Assembly (NCBI RefSeq): GCF_009834535.1
Contig: NC_045696.1
Span: 15,936,001-16,000,000, forward strand
Reading direction: 5' to 3'
Source: Camelus ferus
Taxonomy: Eukaryota
DNA length: 64,000 nucleotides
Shown here one piece after another: positions 12,164-23,600 of the stretch. The position numbers were made by a program, and so were the translations under genes. How positions within the stretch are numbered: position 1 is the first letter of the stretch; each line of letters begins with the position of its first letter. A model generated the notes under the pieces. That model saw only the letters and a program-made list of their open reading frames with translations. It did not search any database and was not told the DNA's origin.

Positions 12164-14814
12164 AGACAAAACACAGAAAAGCTGCCTGGCAGCCACGCAG
12201 CCCCTGTCTAAGGAGCACAGTGCTGTTCACGGCGACACCAAGGGTGTCAGTGCCCACACAGTGTGGCTGCTGGCCTTCCCAGTTTCCCTTATAGCCAGGT
12301 CCAGGCAGGTCTGGCCTGATGCTCCATCATCTCATTTTGTTCTGTGTTGGGACTGTGTGTCTGCTGACCCCTCCACATCACGTGCTCTTTACCCTCCTCT
12401 CAGGCTTACTCTGCAATAAAATCCTCAAAGCAATGCTTTTGTGCATTAAATACCTTCTGGAGGTTTTAGACAGTTCTTTTACCCATATTCTCTCTTTTAC
12501 TGTAATCCTTCTCATAGGGTCTGGGATAAGGACAACTGGCCCATCCAGAGTACCCGTCACAGAGACATGCGACACTGGGATTCTACTACCCACAAAGGGT
12601 CCTTCAGGATTCAAGACATTCCCAAATATAGAGGAATCCTAGGATGAGCACGGCTTAGGTTCAGCCTGGGACCTTCACCATAATCAGGTGTGAAATAAGT
12701 AATGCACATAGCAGGACAGAGCAATGAATAACAATACTGAGCTCCTGGTCACGTTTCTATTCCCAATTCTTGCTGGAAACATTTGTTAAAAACCAATAGC
12801 TAACATTGCTCAGGGGGATGCCAGGCAAGTAAGTGTCATGAAATGGGTATCTCTCCACATCCCTTAAAGAAACCCAGGCTTTTCCAATGGTCATGTACCA
12901 AATGGCATTCCCTCAAAGACATCTCCCCATTTCAGTTCATTAAAATTGATGTTGTCTCCCAAGTCCCAGGCAGGAGAGATTCAGTCAGCCACACGGCTTT
13001 CTGCTTTCCTGCTGGTCTGTTTATAGAGGAGGCAGCCTGCTTACAAATTACTGAAACAGAAAAGCCAGATAATGATGTGTTTTGAGAACAGCCTCAGAAG
13101 CATTGCTCGTGCTCACTCCCTCTTGTGTTTTAGGTGCCGGTATTCCCTGGCTGTGAGAGTTCTGGTCTAATGAGAGTGATGCAGCTGTGGCCCAGCCCCC
13201 ACATAGCTCCCTTTAAAAAGCAGGGATTCCTGTGCAAAGAGCTAGACGGAGACACGTGGTGGCCACTGTCTGTGACTTTAAGGCTTGCGATCGCAAATAC
13301 CCTCACCTCACATTGAAAAGTTAGAATGAGGAGAATCTGTCTTCTTTCTCAATATTGCTCTGGAGATAAATTAAAGGGTGTCTTCCAAGACTAACTGAAT
13401 CACCTCCTCTTGCTTCCGTTGCTATGTGGAATGTTTGTAGATTATTTTCTGTTGTTTAAAAGTTCAGATAACTCTTTACCTTCTGTGGAGTGATCGACAC
13501 TGGAAATCATTTTTCGGCAACAAGAATGATGGGAGTGTGATGTGAGGTTATTTTCTCCCACAGCAAAATAGGTATATGTGTTGTTCTTATTGCATTTGTG
13601 AGTAGGAAGGTTCTAGAATCTCAAATAGTGCAGGACATGAATATTCAGGTTATGATGAAATAGACTCATCAGTCACACAGATGCCGATGACTCTGACCCG
13701 CCTGCCCTGTATAATAAGGAAACTGTCGGTGATGCACTCGGGATGCAGAGCATGTGCTTCAAAGGAAGATGCAGCTGAGCAGAGCAAAAAGGAGCACCCT
13801 CTTCCTTCCCAAAGGGGACAAGTGCCTGAAGAGTCACAGGTCACCAGCCAGTGGTGCTTAACAATCACCTGAATCATAAACAGTATCAGGCTCACCAGCT
13901 TTGAGCGAGAAAAGAATGTTCTTTCATCTTAAGCAAGGATTTCTGTCAGCCAATTAAATCTCAGTTCAATGGAAAACGATCTCAGGCAATCGTTCTTTGA
14001 TTTGTAAGAAGAAAAAAAAATAGAATATTAAAAATAAAAGTTCATGACTGACCATAACCTTAATAAAACTTTGAAGGGAAGAAAAAAGCAATACAATATT
14101 ATCAAAATTCCATCACCAATCTGCAAAGCAGATTCCAAATCAGCTCAACTGAAGCTTTCCTTTAGAGTGAAGCTTAACAGCTTCTCTGTCTTACCTATTA
14201 GACTCTCTACGTGCTTGACAGTGGATATCAGTTTTTGTTTCAAGCCTCTCTAGGGCAAGAATTGCTGAATTTTTTTCACATAGACTCTTTCCTAAGAACC
14301 AAAGCAGGTAAGCATCATTAGGAGTCAAAGGGGGAGAAAGTGTAATGCAGAAGTCATGGCATTTGAAATTACTAAGCCTGCTCGGGGTAGCATTCGGGGT
14401 AGACTTCTGAGCTCTTCTGCTTCTCTTTACATTGTCAGCTAACTGCAGAAAAGTAAATGTGGTGGAACAAATGAAGTAAAAATGGCAGAGAAAGGATATT
14501 AAATAAGCATATTCTGAAATGCTCTCAGGAACAACAGGAGCTGTGCCAAATAATAAGCATAAACAAAATGTTAAGCTAAATGTAGTTCAAACTGTCAAAA
14601 TTTTCAATATTTATTTAAATGCCCGTTTACCATTGCCGCGACCACTGCTGGAATGGCTTTGCCACTGTATTGGAAGTATCGAGTCTGTGAACTGAACATA
14701 GACATGCAGGAGAAGAAAATGTGTTCAAATTCTAGTGTTCAGATGTGTCTATTCTAGTTCATCATGTGAATTCCCAGTAGGACGTTATTATCTGGACTGC
14801 AATTTGGCTACAGT

Positions 14815-15232
14815 GCAGTGATGCTCTGTCCAGATCCTCTGCTGATGGTGGGTACCCCCAATTCCCACATGCTGAGGGCTCACAGCTGCATCCCACACTG
14901 GGAATTGCCTCGGCCACAGAGAACTGCTTCACGCAAGGTCACATCTCCCAGGGAGGGTGGTCCCACAGCTAGTGACTAGCTGCTGTGGGGGTCTAAGGCC
15001 AAGCTCCCCTGCCTCAATGTACGAGAACCTGAAGGATCAGCCCTGCTCTAGTGCTCCCTTTGGGATGTGGGAGCCTCACTTGCAACTGTATGGAGGTCAA
15101 CTTCTTGGTTCTCCTCATCTAATCACCCTGACTTCCTTGCCAGTGTATTTCCCAAGAACCCTCCCCAACAAGCCCTCTCCTTCTGTCTGCAACTCCTTGT
15201 CTCAGAATCTTTTCCAGGGACCCAGTTTAAGC
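14815..15232 (+). mobile_element. LTR16-family 5' LTR of a decayed ERVL provirus
   Basis: gctcacagctg, gggaattgcctcggcc, tctcagaatc...gggaccc; homologous to 9435-9864 and followed by ERVL internal sequence. Confidence 0.8.
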
Positions 15233-16017
15233 AGGTTGATGCAGTTTAGGAAGAAGACCCTAAACTGGGATTTGGGAGCCAGCTCACCAGCTGGCCACGA
15301 GGACAGTAGATGGCAGAAAGTGGTAAGTAGGATGCAGCACGCAAGTTGTTAAAACTTTCACTGGTGGTCCCATGGGTGAGACAGCAGCAGAAGGGGAAGC
15401 ACTAGCCAAGGCAACGCCTCTTGCAATTGAGGGACAGGAGGAAAGATGCAACTCCAAGAATGGAACTGGGTGGCTGTTGAATGCCATTGATTTATGAAAA
15501 GAAGTAATAACTAACTGAGGGTGATCAAGCACTGATTCAAGGCAGAAGTGAAAGCAACGATGGCGCTGCAGGACCTGGCTAACAGATACCACTAGAAACT
15601 CAAAAAGTATGACTGTGACTGTGGATTCTAAGAGAATGTCAGATCAAGGGGAAAAGGAGAGGATGTGAAGTTGGATTAGGGAGAGTTTATTAATACTCTT
15701 TCAGAATACAGATTTAATACTTTGGCAAGGACCCCGGGACACAATGCTTATACACTGCTAGGCTGGCTCTTGGAAACTGAGAGAAAGCAAGAGCCCACGC
15801 TAAGTGAAGCAGAAATGTCAGAACAGTGGACAAGATAAGGAATCAGAAGACTCATAAAGGTGGGCATGGTAAAGTAGATATATTACAGAAAGCCGACTCT
15901 TTTCTGCAAGTCGGCACACAGAACACTCCCTTTGCCGACGCAGTAAGAATGCACTGGTGAGAAAGGCACCAGCATTAATGAAAAGCTCAGCCGTGGCCAT
16001 ATTCTGAAGTGCAGGAC

Positions 16018-16164
16018 CAGGACTGGCAACAGCATTTGCAAGGCCCGGTACAAAATGCAAATGTGGGGTCTCTTGCTTAAAAGGAATTTCAAGACTGCAA
16101 CAGCAGAGCATTGAACAAAGTGTGGGGCCCTTCCAAATGGAGGGCTATGTGCAAGTGCACAGGG
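16018..16164 (-). mobile_element. MER45A-like hAT-Tip100 element nested in the ERVL
   Basis: caggactggc...aaaatgcaaatgtgggg...gaatttcaagac...cagcagagcatt; second copy at 46167. Confidence 0.75.
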
Positions 16165-16474
16165 GACAGTCACAGTGTCAGTCATGAGTGGGGCTAATGG
16201 GAAAACCTGTCATTACAGAACTGGGATCCCACAGGACAATGAAGATGACAGAATTCTGAAAGAACAGAGACCAAGAGGCAGCACTTAACCCTCAGAAGCA
16301 AGTGAGCACAATCATCACAATAAGAAGCAAGGCTGGTGGAGCAGCCAGGGGAGCCTGACTCAGAGAACAATGGGGATGGTCAAGAGAAGGCCGTGTTCGT
16401 GGTGGCAACATAGAGAGGCAGCAGATGAGAGTTGTCCTGTACGTCAATCATCAAGATGATCAGGAAGCTGAGAG

Positions 16475-17009
16475 TGTAATAGAAAAGAACAAATTTGATT
16501 CCCTATTAGATCTGTTCCTTTGGCTTTAACTCTGTGCCGTTTTCTAGGCTTAGTCTTCCTGGCTCTGCACCTTTTGTAAAACAATGTTGTCTAGAGCCTG
16601 AAATATACAGGATAGCCTATTCTCAAGGCTCTGTTCTTTAAGGATATTAACACTTCTGCACTCATATAAAGACAACAAGTTGCAGAATAGAAAATAACAT
16701 TTGTTTTGTTGAAGGTTTTACAGGGGCACCATGACCTGACCTACACGGACAGCCGCAAGAACAAAGGATTCCAGGAACAAAGAATTCCTGCACCAAGAAG
16801 TTTGCAACAACCAACCATGCCCCCTCCCCTTTTTAGTACAAAAGGAGCCTGAATTCTGACTTGGGGAAGATGGTTCTCCAGGACATTAGTTTGCCATCTT
16901 CTCGGTTTGCTGGCTTTCCAAATAAAGTCACTATTCCTTGCCCCAACATCTCGTCTCCGATTTATTGGCCTGTCACGCAGCAAGCAGAACGAGTTTGGAC
17001 TTGGTAACA
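16475..17009 (+). mobile_element. ERV1-class solo LTR (MER41-like, artiodactyl type) nested in the ERVL
   Basis: TGTAAT...GTAACA termini, 4-bp TSD agag/ggag, AATAAA at 16921; homolog at 44867-45323. Confidence 0.85.
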
Positions 17010-18954
17010 GGAGCAGCCACCTCAATAAAAACTGAGTCTCTCTTGCCCAATGTCCAGATATGAGCTTGCTCTCAGGCCCAGAATCCATGGACTAAAGAAA
17101 GGCCAGTTTCCTCTGAAGAGAGAGTGTGAAGCTCAGCGGTAAGTATACTTAGTAGTAAGTTCCCAAGTGCTTCTTCAAAGGGACTAATGCCATTTACTTA
17201 AGTAACTGTGTGTTGAGGACAAAGGAATGCCCAGACCTTTCTAGAATTGAAAGAGTCTAAATTGGCATTGATACTCAGGACCCAAAGCATCACCATGGTC
17301 CCCCTTTTGGGGCACAGAGAGGCCAGTAATATATGGAGTCTCAGTGTAGGTCCATCTCACAGTTCATTCACTGGGTCCATGAATCTATCCAGTGGTCATT
17401 TCTACCAGACTCCAAATATATCATGGAATGGCCATGAGAGTTGACAAAATCCTCACATTGGTGCCTTAATATGTGGTGTAAGAGCAATCAGAGTGGAGAA
17501 AGCCAAGAGAAAGCTCTGAAACAGCTCCCTCCTTGACCAAGATGGTAAATCAAAGCACAGGTTCATAGGGGTGGGGTGGCACTGCCACCTTCATAGTTTA
17601 AAGAAAGCAGGGATGGTGGTCTCCATGAGTTCTCAGTCTAATCAGAGTCAGGTTCCTCAAACACCACATGAATTATGGTGGAGGAAAAGGAGCTGCCACC
17701 AAATTAAACGAGTATTAGTCCAAGGGCAGCTGCTCTGCTGGATGTGGATTTGCTGTAACAGGTTAACACAGCTCATAGCATGGCGAGGCTACCTTTAATC
17801 TGGTAATCTTTCATTCTTTTCTCTCCCCATCATGAAGGGGGTCAGAAGCATTTTGCATTTCAATAGAACAGAAAATAGTATACATCTATGGTATGCATCT
17901 AATAATAGTATCTGATACGCCCCAGGGCTGTATTATCTCTCTCGCCCTTGTTAAAATATGGTCTGGGCTGTCATTTTGCACAACGTCACATTGGTTCACT
18001 ATATTAATGACATTAGGCTAATCAAACCAGATGAACAAGAAGTGGCACAGACAACAGAAGCCTTGGTTAAGACAAAGGTGACAGAGTATGGGACATAAAT
18101 CCCATGGAAATCTTAGGAAGCCATCACATCAGTGATGTTTCCAGGAGTCTGGGGTTTGCCAGAAAAATCTCTTCTGAAGTTAAGGACAAATGAGTGCTTA
18201 TTGAACCTCCTAAGACAGAAGCATGTTGCCTTCTTATAAGACTTGTCAGTTCTAGAGGCATCTCATTTCCCTACTCAGGAATACTATTTGGACCTATTTG
18301 GCAGGTAGCAAGGAAAGCTGGTGGCTTTGAGAGAAGCCAAGAGCAGGTCCAGTCTGGGATCTACACAGCCCTACCTCTCAGGTCATACAACCTGGCGGAC
18401 CCTATGGTGCCAGAGGTGTGCATCGTGGGAAAAGGCACCATGTGGAGTTTCTGACTGTTTCTAATAGGACAATCACAATGTGGCCCACAGGGTTCCAGAG
18501 CGAGGCCACGCAGTCCACAGAAAAGAACTGTACACCACTCGAAAAACAGCTCCTAGCATTGCCCTTCTATTGTCTGACTGTGGGATCCCAAGTGATCACA
18601 GAGTTGGACCATCAAGAGCTGGGTCTTTCGTGCCCACTAAGTTAAAAGGTTGGGCAGGTCCAGCAGCAGTCCAGTGTATAATAGAAAGTTCTGGATTAGA
18701 TGCAAACTCAGCCAGCGAACACAAGTAAGCTGCCTAATCAGGTGACCTAGACTCATACCTGAGCCACACCTGTTGTTTCATCACCTCTCGCTCAGCTCAC
18801 ATCTTTGGCCAGATGCAGGGGGCCTTTATGACCAGCTGACAGGGGAGGAAAAAAAGGCCAAACTTGTTTCTTGGATGAGTTAACTCAGTAAATAGGTACC
18901 AGGCTTGTCCTCGTTTCATGTGATCTCACTCAATCCTTATGGCTAGGCTGAAAA

Positions 18955-19162
18955 AAGGCTTCATGAGGTCAGAAAGTTTGTCTTATTCACCATTTAATCA
19001 CCAGGGCCCAGTACAGTGTCTATATAATAGGTATTCTTCCAACAAATATTTATTGATCCCATAATATCTTCCGAGTCCTGTGCTATGCAGCAGGGATACA
19101 ACAGTAAACACAATGGAACTTACTAAGTTATAGTAGATTTAAAAAATATTTGTTGAAGAATG
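18955..19162. mobile_element. L2 3' end fragments in both orientations
   Basis: gtcttattcacc...cccagtacagtg; caacaaatatttattga...gggatacaacagtaaaca. Confidence 0.65.
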
Positions 19163-19249
19163 TAAGAACAACAATATTTCATCATCCAGGATCTCATCAG
19201 GAATCAGAATCCAATTCAAATGGCTAAAAATTCTTTCTCATGATATGGT

Positions 19250-19622
19250 CGGAGACCAGAAATAGTGGGAATCCTTTACCACCCCTAGACCTACAGGCAT
19301 GAGAGGTGGGGAAGGTGTTAGAGGGTCAGATTTGGAAGTATGAAGCCAGGACCATCAACAGAAGCAATAGTTGAGGGACCTAGCCATTGCATAAAATATG
19401 GTCCACAGCAGGAAGAGAGCCAGGAAGAAACAGATCACCTCTCTCTTCTTACCATCCAATCTATATCAGTCTCTGTCTTTGGCAACAACTGGAAGCCAGC
19501 TCACTTGCATGGAAAAACCCTAGTGATGTGGTCTGCAGGGATCTCCTTCCCAAAGAACTAATCAGTGCAGAGAAGATGAAACAGCGGATGTGGGAGTTGG
19601 GGAAGAGGGTAAATGGAGAAAA
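19250..19622 (-). mobile_element. Ancient LTR fragment (LTR78/79-like)
   Basis: ggaatcctttaccacccctag, ctggaagccag, gatgtggtctgcaggg. Confidence 0.5.
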
Positions 19623-19639
19623 GAGAATAGACTCCTTTT

Positions 19640-19760
19640 CTCCATTTTAACATATGAGAAAACTGAAGCTATCCTGCATCACACAAATGAACTGCAGAGA
19701 CAGTATTCAAACTCAGGGCAAACAATCCCAAAGTCATTGCTTTTAACCAGTACCTTATTT
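19640..19760 (-). mobile_element. MIR fragment
   Basis: ccattttaacatatgagaaaactgaagct...attcaaactcagg. Confidence 0.65.
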
Positions 19761-20495
19761 TGACTCACGATATTCTGATTTCTGGAAAACCTGAAACTAT
19801 AGATTGCATAAATTATATCTTATATTCCCATAAGCACCTATAAATTAGTCTCAGTGAATATCAGTTGATAAGGTGACAATGCCCTAATGACACACCTGGA
19901 AATTTGATCATAGAAAGTCATGTAATGGCCAACTCACTTCAAAGGGGAGTACGCACCATGTCTGAGGGTTGCTGACCTTTACAAAGGACAGTCTTTGCCA
20001 TATTGGCCCTAGTGATAAGCTGGCATGAAATAACAAGGGAAGGTGTCATACTCCCTGCCCCTCCTCTGCACATCTAGGCTTTATACTCCTTGGCAGGGGG
20101 ACGTGAAGGCTTCCCGGCAGGTATGCACCATGGTAGTTTTAAATGAATCCATTTCCAGATCCTCAACTTCCATCTGTATCCCCTAAATCTGCCCAATACT
20201 GTGTCTGCAGGCTGCTAGTTCTCCATTTCCACTTCTCATCTCATAATCACTGTTCCCTCACTTTGTAAAAGAAAGGCGTACTCTCACTCACTCTGAGACC
20301 TATCATGATATCTTGCCCCATAGTTTACTAGCTTGCCTGACACCAAACAAAAGAACACTTGGAGGCCATATTGCTCTTGAGGGTCAGTCTTTTACATGCA
20401 AATGAAGAAATACTCAGGGCAACGTGCCCTTCTTTAGCTAGCTAGCTAACTAGTGTTCTGAGTATCTATTTAATTATCTTAGAATTAGTGTTCTA

Positions 20496-21542
20496 TACTA
20501 CTCAGCCGTAAAAAAAAAAAAAAGAATAAAATAATGCCATTTGCAGCAACATGGATGTACCTAGAGATAGTCATTCTAAGTGAAGTAAGCCAGCATGAGA
20601 GAAGAATACCATACAATATCATTCATATGTGGAAGCTAAAAAAAGAGAAAAAGAGGACACTAATGAACTCATCTACAAAACAGAAACAGACTCGCAGACA
20701 TAGTAAACAATCCTATGGTTACTGGGGGGAAGGGGGTGGGAAGGGATAAATTTGGGAGTTTGAGATTTGCAAATGTTAGCCACTATATATAAACAGATTT
20801 AAAAAAACAACAAATTACTTCTGTACAGCACAGGGAACTATATTCAATATTTTGCAATAACCTTTAATGAAAAAGAATAGGAAAACGAATATATGTATGT
20901 GTGTGTGTATGTGTGTGTGTATATATATATACATATAGTGAACGAAAATACTGCAATGTGAGTGAAAACACTGCAACCATATCAGTAAACAAAGAATGCT
21001 GAAACCAAGTCATCCGCGGCTGCTGCCACCCCCCAGTGGGGACAGGCCTGCAGCCCAGCCTCTGCAGCCACTCACAATGGTGCACTCTGTGCGGACTCAG
21101 AATAAGAAAGGACAGGATACTGGCCCTAGAGAGCTAGGTGCTTGTCAAAGGAATGAATTCAATGAGCCCAAATGTTTGCTTCCTCCCATACATAGAAAAG
21201 CACTAAATTCTTTAACTTGAGATGCCTGGTTTTCTTTAGATAACAAGTAATCTTTTATTGTTCCAACTACCTGGTCTTTGTTGTAAAGCGCCTATATATC
21301 CTAGCTCCTCCCCTACCTCTTCAGAGCAGTTCCTCGGAGTGATCTTGAGGCTGTCATCCCGGCTCGAGTCCTCCCGCCAAATAAAACATAACTCTCAACT
21401 TTTAGGCTGCGCGTTTATTTCAGTCAACAATATATATATATATGCATGACTGGGACATTGTGCTGTACACCAGAAATTGACACACTGTAACTGACTATAC
21501 TTCAATTTAAAAAAACAAAATAATTAAAGTATTAAACAAAAA
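20496..21542 (+). mobile_element. 5'-truncated lineage-specific L1 3' end, interrupted by an LTR
   Basis: 15-bp TSD agaattagtgttcta (20481-20495) / agaattagtattcta (21543-21557); gccatttgcagcaacatggatg; A-rich tail. Confidence 0.92.
20937..21429 (+). mobile_element. ERV1-class solo LTR inserted in the L1 (TA)n tract
   Basis: 4-bp TSD atat/atat; ends ...tcaaca; TATA-like cctatatatc about 21291; AATAAA about 21380. Confidence 0.85.
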
Positions 21543-23419
21543 AGAATTAGTATTCTAAAATGAGATGGCTGTCACCAGGATGTATGTTAATAAATGTATT
21601 TAAATGAAAAAATAAACTCAGATGCTTCTAATGAAAAATAAGTCTGATTTGGTTGAATGATTTGACAATAAGAACTGGCTTTGTTAATTAGATGAGGTGG
21701 CAACATGTACCATAAACTGAATAAGTTAAATCCATAGGTCCACAGTTTTGATAAAAATACATTAAAAATCCTCATGCAACATAGAATATGTTGGAAACTA
21801 CATCCTTTGTAACTAAACTCATGACACGTGGACTGAAAAATATGGGGGGTACACATCTTTTTAAAATTCTTTTAGGCAGTATAAGAGCGAAACAGTTGGA
21901 GGGCATTGTTCTAGATCTAGTAGAACAAATTTTAGATCTGGAAGGGATATAGCTATTTGGTACAACTTTATTTATAGAAAAACAAACAAACGCAAAGAAG
22001 TTAAACACCCTGCAGCCAATCCGTGACAGATCTGGGATTAAATCCTGAGCCTCCTGGTCCCTTAGGAATGACTCCGCTGGATCTACTTCTCTCCTAGAGT
22101 TCTGCCATCTATCCAGCCATCGGGGAGCCTCTTAATGCAGAAAGCAGACATTACTTAAATAAATACACAATTCTCTTCAGAATAGAAGTGCCAAAGTAGG
22201 CAGAATCTGCTTGATTGCTTGTCCTTAATGGACTTTAGCTGTGACACCAATGAGAAGAAGTGGGATGAAATCCTTGGAGCCTGAAGAATTAGACTGAGTC
22301 ACAAAAATACTTTGATGGGCCACAGGTTCTGTCACAGTCCTGGGACAGCTACTGAACTGGAAGATCAATTTCTCCCAACCTCACACAGTGATCACATCTG
22401 TCTTCTGAAATGTGTTCCCTGAGCTTACCCAACTCTTCTCACTCCACTGCCAGACTTCAGCCTGACACCTGGTCGCTTCCCAAGATGCCCCCCTTTCAGA
22501 TTTAATTAGCATGACGCTCCAGGAGAGCCCCTCACAGAGGTACAGTAACCCGTATCCCAGGGCACATTTGGTCATGGTTTTGCCTCACAGGCGATGAAAT
22601 TATATCCTCCATTCATCCAGTCATAACTTCCCTATGATAGAGTTTATGTTGTTTTACTTTCCTGGTTTGGGGTTTTTGTTCTGTTGTGTTGATATTCCAG
22701 AGAATTTCTGTTTTTTTCTGTTCAGCTTAACAGAAGATGTTTACCTGCTCTGGGCTGAAAGGAATGAGGGCACGTAAAAACTACCTCTGAAAGCAGGTAA
22801 GGGAAAGCATTCAAGTTTGTAAGATTCCACTGACTTTCATCTGCAATGACTAATAGTGCTAACTAGACTAAAATCCGAAAACTATATATTAATAGTGAAG
22901 GAATCATCCATATTAATTGGGCATACAATTACAGTGGAACATTTAATAAGCACAGTATAAGGGCCGAGAGCGCTCAGAATAAAAATCATTGAAAGAAGTC
23001 CAGTGACCACTGATTCTGAATGGATGGCACTAATTTATAAGCAATCAATACTCTTTTAATTGGACTTTTGCTGTCTCTGGGTACATACATAGCACAGTCT
23101 ATTAAGGCAAAACGTAAGTTCTCTTTGTTTTAGAGCTTACCACAGGGAATTGGAGATAAGATCTTGGATTAGGACATTTATTCCACTCACTAGTGTCATT
23201 TAGGTATGAAATAAAATCAAAGAAGCGGCTCTATTTACATCAGAGACTCCAGATGTAAAAAGATATTCTCTTCTTCTGTATGCACAAATTCTGTCGCCAA
23301 CCACCTCCACCCTGCTTCCTTGCTATCCACTGTTTCAGAGAAGGCAAGGCCAGGTGCTTTATAGGTAGATTTTTTTTTTTTCTGCTTAGTAAATTAGATA
23401 CTAAAAAACACCTATTGAC

Positions 23420-23600
23420 CAGAGTGAGGGCTCCAGATTTCATTCAGATGCCATACCTTATCACTCATCGCGTGTGTGAATTCCCTGACCTTAGGGTGCA
23501 TCACCTATAAAATAGATAATAATATTTACTTCCTCAAATGGTAAAGATTAAAGGTTAGAAGCAATATACACTGTAAGTCAGTACGATGGCGTCGGCAAAT
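23420..23600 (+). mobile_element. MIR fragment
   Basis: catcacctataaaatagataataatatttacttcctc. Confidence 0.55.

Larger units (their letters stand above)
15233..18900 (+). mobile_element. Decayed ERVL internal region (HERV16/ERV3-16A3-like gag-pol remnant), no 3' LTR seen
   Basis: RT remnants ccccagggctgt (PQG) about 17920 and cactatattaatgacatt (HYINDI, decayed YIDD) 17997-18014; RNase H-like EKQLLA about 18541; many stops. Confidence 0.85.

Noticed and set aside
9435..15232. Two same-strand LTR16 copies as the ends of one provirus
   Set aside because: The intervening DNA is unique sequence, MLT1, L2 and MER20; the ERVL internal region lies downstream of the second LTR
20724..20745. G-quadruplex motifs in L1 3'UTRs (also about 27586-27607)
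   Set aside because: Ordinary, known G-rich tract of L1 3'UTRs
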